From Mobula hypostoma (taxonomy: Eukaryota), in NCBI RefSeq assembly GCF_963921235.1, contig NC_086102.1, positions 162,626,001 to 162,690,000 on the forward strand: a stretch of 64,000 nucleotides of DNA, in the 5' to 3' direction. Of this stretch, positions 24,198 to 36,299 are shown piece by piece (the stretch's first letter is position 1; each line of letters begins with the position of its first letter). The notes beneath the pieces are model-generated. The model was not told where the DNA came from. It searched no databases and worked only from the letters and a program-made list of their open reading frames with translations. The position numbers and the translations under genes were made by a program.

Positions 24198-24420
24198 ATG
24201 GTGTGGTGGCATAGTGCTTAGTGTAACACTGTCACAGTGCCAGCGAGCAAGGCTCAATTCCGCCATGATCTGTGAGGAGCTTGTACATTCTCCCAATGCC
24301 CCATGAAATTCTTCTAGATGCTCAGCTTTCCTCCCGCACTCCAAAGAGATGCAGTATGGGTTAGCAGGCTAATCAATTACATGGGTGTAACTGGGCGGTG
24401 TGGGCTTGTTGGGCCAGAAA
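24198..24420 (+). mobile_element. tRNA-derived V-SINE (HE1-like)
   Basis: A/B-box-like head followed by a V-domain-like ggagcttgtacattctccc...ttcctcccgcactccaaaga segment. Confidence 0.65.
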
Positions 24421-24559
24421 TACAAGTAAGATAACATGTTGCACAGGTCTTCGCATTTGTAGTGTTGTTCAGTAAATATATTCACATGGTTAAAAACTAT
24501 ATGCATTGGTGGAGTTCACACACTGTGTGCACAGCACTGCTGGCATTCATGGGGCCTCT

Positions 24560-25177
24560 AGGTATGATACAAATTCTTAACAATTTGGGGGCTTCTGCCC
24601 TGGACTTCACTCCTCAGTGTTTCATGGCAAAAGAACCCTAGACTGCAGTCCTTCTACATAATGTCACTGTGTTGGCTGCATCAAGTTCCATTAAATGTGC
24701 TAGTTGGCTGCATTGGTTTGCAAACACCTCATTATGCTGGAAGTCCAGCAAGTTTCGTGCATGGCAAAGAGTGACTCGACCCAAGCTGACGATCTTCCAG
24801 TGGTATTTGATGTTTGTGTGTATGTGTGCCTGTCCTTGGGAACAGCCAGAGCAGATCAGAGAGCTGCCCAGGATGAACCATGATAAGGCATCTTGCATCC
24901 TTCTTCCACCTCTCTTTGCAAATACACAGTCTGCAAGGAGCTGGGTGATCGTTTTTTGTTTCCTCATTACAACTCTCCCAAGAGTTCATAGGGAGTGAGA
25001 CTTTGACAATACTGGTGCTGCCTGATGGGGAGTGCTCCTTTCACCATCAGCCAGGTAAGGTTTTGCTGCCCGTTGGTGAGCTCTGGCCAGATGGCTTGGT
25101 CAGTCTACTCGGGGAACCACCCAATTGGATCCATCGTGTCTTTGCGGGACATTATGTGCAGACCACTGCCTGATTCA
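24560..25177 (-). mobile_element. Tx1/L1-clade LINE C-terminal fragment
   Basis: IRQWSA, MDPIGWFPE, and a TIxxLLADCVFAK...ARNLL zinc-binding-type tail. Confidence 0.6.
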
Positions 25178-25770
25178 AAGCTCAAAGTAAGTATGTTATC
25201 AAAGTATGTACAGTATTGTTACCATATGCTATCCTGAGATTCATTTTCTTGCTGGCATTTACAGGAAAAATAAAGAAGGACAATAGAATTTTACAAAAAA
25301 AAACGACATACAATGACAGACATATAACCAATGTTCCAAAGAAGACAAATAGTGCAAATAGAAAATAATGCTGAGAATAAGAGTTGTAAAAAGTCTGTGA
25401 GTCAGTTTGTTGTAGAATCAGTTCAGAGCTGAGGTGAGTGAAGTTATCTGCACCGATTCAGGAGCCTGATGGTTGTAGGGTAATGACTATTCCTGAAACT
25501 GGTGGTGTGGAACCTAAGGCTTTGGTAGCTCCTGAACACTGGTAGTAGTGAGAAGAGAACATGGCCTGGATGTCATAGTCTTTGATGGTGGATGCTGCTC
25601 TCTAGTGGCAGTGCTCCTTGTACTGTAAATGTGCTCAACGGTGGGGAGGGATTTGCCTGTGTTGGACTCTCCACTACTATCTGTAGTCTTTTCTCTTCCT
25701 GGGTGTTGGTGTTTCCATACCAGGTGCAACCAGTCAGTATCCTCTCCACTGAGGATAGAGAATAGAGGAT

Positions 25771-26257
25771 AGGTCTTCTTAAAACATAGGATCCCTCTAC
25801 ACAATTAGGAGTGCCAGAGACAGATGAGATAGGAATAATGGAAGGTTGTGAAACACACCCAACAACTAGGGGACAATTGTCTTTACTGACTTCAAAGTAT
25901 TATCATGGTCCTCTTGAAGATTTGATGGCCTTTTAAGACCTCTATTGTGAATGGTGATTGATAAACCAGAACAGAGAACATACTATTTTTATACAGAGCT
26001 GGCTTATCAGTTATGGATATCAACCATTTGGAAAACTGTATATGTTTGAATTTCTTACTTAGAAGATCAATCGCCATTCACAATAGAGGTCTTAAAAGGC
26101 CATCAAGTCTTCAAGAGGACCATGATAATACTTTGAAGTCAGTAAAGACAATTGTTCCTTACTTGTTGGGTGTGTTTCACAACCTTCCATTATTCCTATC
26201 TCATCTGTCTCTGGCACTCCCTACTGTGTAGAGGGATCCTATGTTTTAGGAAGACCT
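25771..26257. repeat. Long inverted repeat: 192-bp arms, 103-bp spacer
   Basis: 25771-25962 versus the reverse complement of 26066-26257: 9 mismatches and no gaps by manual alignment. Confidence 0.95.
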
Positions 26258-26963
26258 TTCTGGAAAAGGTTCATGCGGAAGCCTCACTTGTCTGGCTTGA
26301 GTACACACTGGCATAGTCAGCCCTACCTATCTGTCCACAATGGGCAAGGTCAGCTTCAGCGGTCTCGCTTTGCTCGCTTCAGAGGTTTCCCCTGGATGAT
26401 GCTGTGCATGTTAATGCTGTCACTGGCAATGTAACAGAACTGCAGAGAAATAGGCCCTTCAGTCCATCACGGCAATGATGGCCATCAAATACCAAACTAT
26501 ACAAACCCACTGCTTGCTGTAACAGTCTGATCCCAAGGTTTTTGCTTAACAGCACAGTTGTAATTCTGTGTATTTTCCCTTTGAGTTTTATTTTTCCATT
26601 TAGCTATTCATATCCAGGAAGATAGTTGTAAAGGGCAAAAGTGTAGGGGTAACATGAGGGGGAACTTCTTTACTCAGAGAGTGGTAGCTGTGTGTAACGA
26701 GCTTCCAGCAGAAGTGGTTGAGGCAGGTTCGATGTTGTCGTTTAAAGTTAAATTGGACAGCTATATGGACAGGAAAGGAATGGAGGATTATGGGCTGAGT
26801 GCAGGTTGGTGGGACTAGGTGAGAGTAAGAGTTCGGCACGGACTAGAAGGGCTGAGATGGCCACATCTGCGCCAGGTGCACCGAGATGTAGCTCCTCAGA
26901 GACCCTGTTAGGGATCTGGAGCTGCAGCTTGATGACCTACTGCTTATCAGGGAAAGTGAAGAG

Positions 26964-27722
26964 GTGATAGACTGGAGCTGCAGGGAGGTAGTTATGCCTA
27001 GGCTACAGGGGTCAGAAAACTGGGTCACTGTCAAGAGAGGGAAGGGAAATGCCTGGATAGTGGAGAGCACACCTGTGGCTGTCCCCCTCAGCAACAAATA
27101 TCTTGTTCTGGATGCTGTTAAGGGGGATGACCTGACAGGGGACACCCATGGTGGCCGGGTCTCTGGCACTGAGCCTGGTGCTGTTGTGCAGGAGAGAAGG
27201 AGGAAGAAGAGGAATGCGGTAGTCGTAGGGGATTCCATAGTCAGGGGAACGGAGAGGAGATTCTGTGAGTCTGATAGAGATACCTGCATGGTGTGTTGCC
27301 TCCCAGGTGCCAGGGTACGGGATGTCTTGGATCGGGTCCTGAATATTCTGAAGGGGGAGGGTGAGCAGCCAGTTGTCTTGGTACATGTTGGTACCAATGA
27401 CATAGATAGGACAAAGGAGGAGGTCCTGAAGAGAGATTTCCAGGAGTTAGGAAGGAAGCTGAGAAGCAGGACCTCCAGGGTAGTAATCTTGGGATTGCTA
27501 CCTGTGCCACGTGCTAGCGAGGGCAAGAATAGTAGGATCAGGCAGATGAATGTGTGGCTGAGAGACTGGTGCAGGGGGCAGGGCTTCAGATTCTTGGATA
27601 ATTGGGATCTCTTCTGGGGGAAGTATGACCTGTTCAAAAAGGACGGGTTACACCTGAACCCGAAGGGGACCAATATCCTGGTGGGAAAGTTTAATAGAGC
27701 TGTTAGGGAGGGTTTAAACTAA
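26964..27722 (+). CDS. CR1 ORF1p, SGNH esterase-like domain
   Basis: GDSIVR, LPGARV, HVGTND and DGLHL motifs. Confidence 0.9.
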   Translation: MIDWSCREVVMPRLQGSENWVTVKRGKGNAWIVESTPVAVPLSNKYLVLDAVKGDDLTGDTHGGRVSGTEPGAVVQERRRKKRNAVVVGDSIVRGTERRFCESDRDTCMVCCLPGARVRDVLDRVLNILKGEGEQPVVLVHVGTNDIDRTKEEVLKRDFQELGRKLRSRTSRVVILGLLPVPRASEGKNSRIRQMNVWLRDWCRGQGFRFLDNWDLFWGKYDLFKKDGLHLNPKGTNILVGKFNRAVREGLN

Positions 27723-27851
27723 TTTGGCAGGGGGATAGGAACTGGAATGACAGAGCGGAGGAAGGGGAAAACAGAAAAAAATCTAAGATAGTGAGCAGTA
27801 AAGATGTCAGGAAAGACAGGCAGGTGATGGGGCAAATTTGTAGCCATTGGG

Positions 27852-30696
27852 ATGAGTTGCAGTGCAATCAAAGCAAAGTACCAAAATACTGGTCTTAAGG
27901 TGTTATACTTAAATGCACGCAGCATAAGGAATAAGGTGGATGATCTTGTCATACAGCTACAGATTGGCAGGTATGATATTGTGGCCATCACTGAGACGTG
28001 GCTAAAGGATGCATGTCTCTGGGAGCTGAACGTCCAAGGATACACGGTGTATCGGAAGGATAGGAAGGTAGGCAGATGGGGAGGCGTGGCTTTATTGGTA
28101 AGAAATGATATTAAATCATTAGAAAGAGGCGATATAGGATCGGAAGGTGCAGAATCTTTATGGGTTGAGCTAAGAAATTGCAAGGGTAAAAGGATCCTGA
28201 TGGCAGTTATTTATAGGCCTCCAAACAGCTGCGGGGATGTAGACTACAAATTACAACAGGAAATAGAAAAGGCTTGTCAGAAGGGCAGTGTTATGATAAT
28301 TGTGGGGGATTTTAACATGCGAGTGGATTGGGAAAATCAGGTCGGCACCAGATCTCAAGAGAGAGAATTTGTAGAATGTCTGCGAGATGGCTTTTTAGAA
28401 CAGCTTGTTGTTAAGCCCACTAGGGGATCGGCTGTACTAGATTGGGTATTGTGTAACGAACCAGAGGTGATTAGAGAGATTGAGGTGAAGGAACCCTTAG
28501 GAGACAGTGATCATAACATGATTGAGTTCACTGTGACATTTGAAAAAGAGAAGCCGAAATCTGATGTGTCGGTATTTCAGTGGAGTAAAGGAAATTACAG
28601 TGGCATGAGAGAGGAACTGGCCAAAGTTGACTGGAAAGGGACAATGGTGGGAAAGACGGCAGAGCAGCAGTGGCTGGAGTTTATGCGAGAAGTGAGGAAG
28701 GTGCAAGACAGGTATATTCCAGAAAAGAAGAAATTTTCGAATGGAAAAAGGATGCAACCATTGTTGACAAGAGAAGTCAAAGCCAAAGTTAAAGCAAAGG
28801 AGAGGGCATACAAGGAAGCAAAAATTAGTAGGAATACAGAGGATTGGGAAGTTTTTAAAACCTTACAAAAGGAATCTAAGAAGGTCATTAAGAGAGAAAA
28901 GGTTAACTATGAAAGGAAGCTAGCAAATAATATCAAAGAGGATACTAAAAGCTTTTTCAAGTATATAAGGAGTAAAAGACAGGTGAGAGTAGATATAGGA
29001 CCGATAGAAAATGATGCTGGAGAAATTGTAATGGGAGATAAGGAGATGGCGGAGGAACTGAACGAGTATTTTGCATCAGTCTTCACTGAGGAAGACATCA
29101 GCAGTATACCGGACACTCAAGGGTGGCAGGGAAGAGAAGTGTGCGCAGTCACAATTATGACAGAGAAAGTACTCAGGAAGCTGAATAGTCTAAAGGTAGA
29201 TAAATCTCCTGGACCAGATGGAATGCACCCTCGTGTTCTGAAGGAAGTAGCTGTGGAGATTGTGGAGGCATTAGCGATGATCTTTCAAAAGTTGATAGAT
29301 TCTGGCATGGTTCCGGAGGACTGGAAGATTGCAAATGTCACTCCGCTATTTAAGAAGGGGGCAAGGAAGCGAAAAGGAAATTATAGACCTGTTAGGTTGA
29401 CATCAGTGGTTGGGAAGTTGTTGGAGTCGATTGTCAAGGATGAGGTTACAGAGTACCTGGAGGCATATGACAAGATAGGCAGAACTCAGCATGGATTCCT
29501 TAAAGGAAAATCCTGCCTGACAAACCTATTACAATTTTTTGAGGAAATTACCAGTAGGTTAGACAAGGGAGATGCAGTAGATGTTTTATATTTGGATTTT
29601 TCAGAAGGCCTTTGACAAGGTGCCACACATGAGGCTGCTTAACAAGATAAGAGCCCATGGAATTACGGGAAAGTTACATACGTGGATAGAGCATTGGCTG
29701 ATTGGCAGGAAACAGAGAGTGGGAATAAAGGGATCCTATTCTGGTTGGCTGCCGGTTACCAGTGGTGTTCCACAGGGGTCCGTGTTGGGGCCGCTTCTTT
29801 TTACATTGTACATCAATGATTTGGATTATGGAATAGATGGCTTTGTGGCTAAGTTTGCTGATGATATGAAGATAGGTGGAGGGGCCGATAGTGCTGAGGA
29901 AACGGAGAGTCTGCAGAGAGACTTGGATAGATTGGAAGAATGGGCAGAGAAGTGGCAAATGAAGTACAATGTTGGAAAGTGTATGGTTATGCACTTTGGC
30001 AGAAAAAATAAACAGGCAGACTATTATTTAAATGGGGAAAGAATTCAAAGTTCTGAGATGCAACGGGACTTGGGAGTCCTCGTACAGGATTCCCTTAAGG
30101 TTAACCTCCAGGTTGAGTCGGTAGTGAAGAAGGCAAATGCAATGTTGGCATTCATTTCTAGAGGAATAGAGTATAGGAGCAGGGATGTGATGTTGAGGCT
30201 CTATAAGGCGCTGGTGAGACCTCACTTGGAGTACTGTGGGCAGTTTTGGTCTCTTTATTTAAGAAAGGATGTGCTGACGTTGGAGAGGGTACAGAGAAGA
30301 TTCACTAGAATGATTCCGGGAATGAGAAGGTTAACCTATGAGGAACGTTTGTCCGCTCTTGGACTGTATTCCTTGGAGTTTGGAAGAATGAGGGGAGACC
30401 TTATAGAAACATTTCGAATGTTGAAAGGCATGGACAGAGTGGATATGGCAAAGTTGTTTCCCATGATGGGGGAGGAGCCTAGTACGAGAGGGCATGACTT
30501 AAGGATTGAAGGGCGCCCATTCAGAACAGAAATGCGAAGAAATTTTTTTAGCCAGAGGGTGGTGAATCTATGGAATTTGTTGCCAAGGGCAGCAGTGGAG
30601 GCCAAGTCATTGGGTGTATTTAAGGCAGAGATTGATAGGTATCTGAGTAGCCAGGGCATCAAAGGTTATGGTGAGAAGGCGGCGGAGTGGAACTAA
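27852..30696 (+). CDS. CR1 ORF2p (APE endonuclease plus reverse transcriptase) with one frameshift near 29600
   Basis: NARSIRNK, ITETWL, GDFN, SDHN, YRPV, QGSVLGP, FADD. An extra T in gatttttcag splits the DFQKAFD motif. Confidence 0.92.
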
Positions 30697-30829
30697 ATGG
30701 GAGAATGGATTAGCTCATGATAAAATGGCGGAGCAGACTCGATGGGCCGAATGGCCGACTTCTGCTCCTTTATCTTATGGTCTTATGGCCTGTTTCCGTG
30801 CTGTAATTGTTATATGGTTATATGGTGTC

Positions 30830-31170
30830 TGGGTTTGACTGCACACCACCAAGGTCATCCTCGCCTGGATGTTGCCTTACCCCAACTCCCACAGTAGTCC
30901 AAGGTGTTTTTTTCAGGAAGAACTTTTCTAGGACAGATAAGTAGTGAGGCAATGTCCTTCTGGCTGGGATATTGTGTGCCAATGGGGCTAGCTAGGCTCA
31001 CACAGAGGTAGAACCTCAGCACACTGTCCCACTTGGTGCCTGTGTACTTTAGTTCCAAGCACAACCTGCTGCAGCTGCACACTAATGTGGCCATCAGGAT
31101 GAGAGCAAAATTGGTACATCTTTGCCCGTGTTGTCTGGGGGACATGTATTGCAACCATCAGTAATATTCC
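30830..31170 (-). mobile_element. Tx1/L1-clade fragment, upstream part of the 24560-25177 piece
   Basis: NFALILMATLVCSC...GTKWDSVLRFYL. Confidence 0.5.
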
Positions 31171-32684
31171 ACCTGGGATTTCCAGATGAATCTTGGTAAA
31201 TCTTGTCTGCACCCTCTTCAAAGTCTCAGCATCCTTCCTATAATGGGACAACCAGAACTGTCTGGTTTACTCCAGATGTGGCCTAACTGGAGTTTTATAA
31301 GCTGCAACACAACTTCCTGACCTTTGAACGCAATACCTTATATAGCAGGAATGTCCTTTGAGCTCAATCACATTTCATCAGAAGTGGAAGAAGTTAGGTG
31401 CCTAACAGTTTATAAGGAAGTACAAACCCATGGGAAATTGTTGGGTTGGGTTGTGGAGGGAGAGGGGTAATTGGAGTACGGTGGTTTCATAGAAAATATC
31501 CTTGATCGGAGGTGAACAGGAGCAATAATTTGACAAACAGGAATGTAGTTCCTGGCTAAAATAGTTGGATAGTCAAGAAACAAATGGTGAAATCAGAGGA
31601 AGTGTTAATGGTCACAATAGAATTATTACTAATTACTAGTTAATCGTGAATGAAATGGCAGCAATGCTGATTATTTAGTTGTTGAAGAATATTGAGAGCT
31701 TTAGAACATCCAGTGGACAAATCAGACCATTTTTGAGATTGATTGCAATAGTATTGAAAGTTACTGTGGGTGTGAATTAAACCAGTGAGGTTTAACTTGA
31801 ACCTGTTCAAGTTGATTCGAAACGTCGTGTTAAATGGGACTGGCTGCTACCTGGGCTGTACTTCTCCGGGCCGTGACTTTGTGCTTTTTCGCAATGGACT
31901 CTGACTCTTCCTTCACCTAGACCACTACTCTTTTTGAAGGATCATCAGATTCAGAAGTGTGCAGTCTGGCTAGGTAATATGCAATAAAAAACATAAGGAC
32001 CTAAATTTAGGCCTTAAAAGTTAATATAGAATTAATGTATTTCTTAACTACAGACAGAGAGAGAGAGAGACACACACACATTTATTTATTTTAAACTTGT
32101 TTAACTAATTGGCAATTAGTTAAAAAGGTATTTTTGAACATAAGCACAAAAGATTCTGCAGATGCTGGAAATTCAGAGCAACACACACACACAAAATACT
32201 GGAGGAACTCAGCAGGTCAGGCAGCATCTATGGAAATAAATAAGCAGTCGACATTTTGGACCAAGACCCTGTTTCAGCCTGACCGGTTATTTATTTCCAA
32301 AGATGTTGCCTGACCTGCTGAGTTCCTCTATTTTTGAACATGCTCTCAAAGCAAGGTGAGAAGACTCATAAAAATTAAAATCTGTATCGCTTATCCAGAA
32401 CTATTACACAATACACCCGGTTTCAATGTGTTACACTGCTCTTTCTTCACTGGCCCTTTACGAAAACTCAAATGGTACTTTTAAACCCTCTTTTTTATAG
32501 GCTTTTATTTGTCTGGTCAGTTGGATGGCTGGTAACTCGGGCACTAATCCTCTAAACCATTAATCTTAATGGTTTCCTTGGTAGAATGCCTTCATCATGG
32601 CCAATAACACCTTACAACTTACTTTAGATCTGATTGTCCTTGGCAAGACTAGAATCAGTTGCAAAACCTTTATCAGTTAGTAGC

Positions 32685-33915
32685 ATTGTAGTGTGGTGGT
32701 TACCACATTAGTTTATAGTGCCGATATTCAGTGATAGCGGTTCAATTCCCACTGCTGTCTGTATTTTCCCCGTGATTGTGTGGGGTTCCTCCGGGTGCTC
32801 TGGTATCCTCTAGCATACCGAAGACATAGAGTTAGGGTTAGGATTAGTGAGCTGTGGGCATGCTCTGTTGGCGGCAGAAGTATGGTGGCACTTAAGGCTG
32901 ATTTATACTTGTGTGTATCGGCTACGCTGTAGGCCTGATTTATACTTTTGCGTAGCCCTACGCCATAGCGAGCATGAGTAGTTGTGTCTGCGTCGCTCTG
33001 CAATTCATCACCAAAACGCTAGTTGGCGGTGGGGTTTCTATGCCACTTCTTCGTGGGAGACATGGATGAGGAAACGCACTTCAAATATTTTCAGATCTTG
33101 GCAGGTAGATTTGACGATTTGGTTCATCGTCTCCCACCATTTATTTCGCATCGGTGTACAGACATGGCGGAGAAAAGCAACCGGAAATGCGATTCTACCA
33201 AGCGGACCAATCACAGTTGTTGGGGTCTGCATCGCCGCGACGCGTGAGTTACATTTTTGGGAAGGTGCATGTCACCCTACGGTGTAGGGTACAGCATAGA
33301 GTACGCGATACCTACAGCGTACATTTGACGCACAAGTATAAATCAGCCTTTAAAGTAGAACGCTGCAAGTCTGATTCATTGATTTATTGGTGGCTTGCGG
33401 GGGAGCTGCGTGACCTCGGTGATAGTGAGGGATCAACGTCGCTTGTTTACAGCCGTCCAGGAGAGAAGCGTCGGAGTCGGTGCGCCCCCCACTGGAAGTG
33501 GTGTGAAGTGGCATCCAAAATGGAGTTGGTGCTGCCCCCCAGTGTTCAATTGGCAGAAGACATGCTGCATGGTGTTCGACTGCAGATTGCTGCAACATTC
33601 ATAGACACGGGGTCTTGAACTGTTTTTTAAAAATATATTTTACTGATATCTTATATGTGCTTGCTATTTTATATGTGTTATATGTGCCTTGTGGTGTGTG
33701 TGACTGTTGCATCTCGGGCCTGGAGTAATGCTGTTTTGTTTGGCTGTATTCATGTAAGGTTGAATTACAATAAATCTTGAACTTGAACTTGAACTTGACA
33801 CTTGTTGGCTGCTCCCAGCACAATCCTCAGACTGTACTGGTTGGAGAGGCAAACAATACTTTTCTCTGTATGTCTTGATGTACAGTACATATGATAAATA
33901 AAGCTGATCTATCTG
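32685..33915 (+). mobile_element. V-SINE split by nested insertions
   Basis: Head and V-domain at 32685-32890; the tail resumes at ~33800-33915. Confidence 0.6.
32895..33349 (+). mobile_element. PIF/Harbinger non-autonomous element (455 bp)
   Basis: TIRs aggctgatttatacttgtg / cacaagtataaatcagcct, TTA TSD on both sides, internal MDEETHFKYF...FDDLVHRLPPFI transposase remnant. Confidence 0.85.
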
Positions 33916-35424
33916 ATTGCCCTTGATCTAAGTGGTCTGCTGGGCACCTGAAAGGGCCTTTAAGAGTTAACCAGATTGGTAGATCTGGAGTCATGCACAG
34001 ATTTTCTCTCCAAAGGGCATTAATTAACCCTGGTGGGTTTTTATAGCACTCCATTCGTTTTGTGATCATTGTCACTGAGATTCATTAAAGAAAAACATTC
34101 CAGATTATTAATTGAATTTAAATTCTATGTCTGCCATTGAGATATTTGAGCTTAAATCTCAGGACTGTTAGCCTAGCCCTCTGGATGTAAACTGGTTAGA
34201 AGATTTCTGAATGATGCCTACAACTCATTGTCTTCTTTGGCCATTTCATAGGACAGTTAGAAATTTTGGGCAGGTCAGGAATTGGGGTCGAGTGATTTTC
34301 ATCAGAATTAAACCAGTGAAGCAAACAACCTTCTTCAGGTAGATTGGAAATATTCCATAGAGTTGTTAACTGAAGTAGACTCTGACTCCTCCTCCATTTT
34401 CAAGACTCTTCAGAACGATCACTAAATTCAGAATTTTGCCATCTGGGTAGATGGGATACAGTTTGGCTTTTACAACAATCTACAATCCACAAATTAACAT
34501 ATTTATTAACTTTCCTTACATGGATTTGAAATCCTGCCTTTTAGATTGTACAGCTTCTATTTAGTACCTAGCAAGATGAGGGCCATGAAAATCAACTCAA
34601 ATTAATTTGATATTTCATTTGTTACTTATACAATATGAATTATTAAGCATAATTTTTAACATATATCTAATAGGTTGGGCTGGAAGAAATCTTTATAAAG
34701 GAAGATGATCTTTTTTATCCAGTGTATGCTTTAAACAAAATCATATGATAAAAAAAGTTACACGCCATTTAGCATGTGAATTTTTATTCACTCAGTTGCT
34801 CCATTTATTAAGTTCACTAATTTACATTTTTTCCATTTGGTCTGCATTGTACTATTGATCCAGAGATAATACTGTTGGTCTTAAAATGCAGAAGGAAGAT
34901 TGTTTGTCATGGTTGGAGATAAAATATAAATGCATTGTTATAAAGAATGAATCACAGACTGTGACCAATGAATTCCACATATACAGCATAGAGAAGTTCC
35001 AGAACATTTATTTTAAAATTAACCTGATAATGAGATTTTAAATCTATAACAAGCTCCATGCATCAATGCATACTTTTAATTAAGAAATCAGTGTAAAATT
35101 TTCAATTGATTCCAGTCATTGGCGAGGAAAATAACTTAGTCAACATTCCTCATTTCTACAGAATTAACCTCAGTCCTACTACTGCTGACAATATTCTTTG
35201 GAAAAATTCAGAGATAGTCAGTATGTGTTTTGACTTTTTTGCGAGCCCATCAATGTCTGTCATTATAGAACCTTAATGTATTGTCTGTCCATCCATAGTT
35301 ACATCCAAACATCAAATCAGCATGTTACTGCCCTAGTCACTCACTCTATTTTGTCCCAATCTTGCTGAAAGTTGTGGCTCTCACGTAAGTAAAGATTTGT
35401 GGCACTTAATCACAAAGTACTCAC

Positions 35425-35485
35425 AATATACACCTGGAAGATCAAGACTGTTCCAGTCAGCTATAAGTGGATATTGAACAGGGAC
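35425..35485 (-). CDS. Candidate 61-nt coding exon (VPVQYPLIADWNSLDLPGVY) of an unknown gene
   Basis: Strong acceptor ctttttcatcttcag, donor gtgagt, only one open frame, non-repetitive context. Confidence 0.3.
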
Positions 35486-36299
35486 CTGAAGATGAAAAAG
35501 GTTGCAAGAAGGGAGATGAAGTCAATCAGAGATGAAAAGAAAATTTATTCATGAAGGAAAGGAATTGACTAGGTTATGTAAACATTATGTTAGCCTTCAT
35601 TATTTTGGAGTTTAGGCAAACAAATGTATAGATGAAGGTGAAATTTTGGATGGAATAAAAGTTGATAAAAAAGGACATATTAGAAAAGCTCAACATGTTT
35701 ATTTGGATAAATCACCTGGTCTTAATGATATGCACTTTTTACTGAGGAAAGTAAGGGAGGAATTTGCGAAGGCTATGGCCATAATTTTCCAAATTTCTGT
35801 ATGAGGACTGGAAAATGCCAAATGTTGCACCTTTATTTAAAGAAGGTTGTAGGATTAAACCCAATAATTGCAAACTAGTCAACTTAATCCCAGAGACGGG
35901 AAAGATGATGGCAATAACCAGACCCTGAATTAGCAGTCATGGATAATTGTGGATTTATTAACAAAATTCAGCACAAGTTTTTTATATGACAGCAATTCAT
36001 TCTTTTTTTTGTGAATCTTGCTTACTGAATAGTAGATGCCAATTGTATGATTTAAAAAAAAAGATGTAAGTAAACATTCAACTAACAGTTTGTTTAGTTT
36101 CTAGTCATAAGTGGAAGTCAATATTCAGTTCTTAAAGGTTAATGGAAAGCAGTAAACTGTTTGAAGTTAAAAAACTTTGCAAACAAGCGCTGTATTTTGC
36201 AAACATTTTGTCTGTGTGGGAGCAGATGCTTGTCACTGCACCTGCTTTATTGCTGCTCAGAGCAGAGTATATGACAATGGGTTGTTCAAACAGACAAGC

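Larger units (their letters stand above)
26863..30788 (+). mobile_element. Young CR1 LINE, slightly 5'-truncated, inserted into the 3' UTR of another CR1
   Basis: ORF1 and ORF2 present, (tcttatgg)2 tail, atggcc at both junctions. The host CR1 3' end at 26620-26862 resumes at ~30790. Confidence 0.95.

Noticed and set aside
26843-27673. 276-aa minus-strand ORF
   Set aside because: Antisense shadow of CR1 ORF1.
35162-35385. Plus-strand exon-like segments
   Set aside because: No consistent reading frame and no recognisable peptide.
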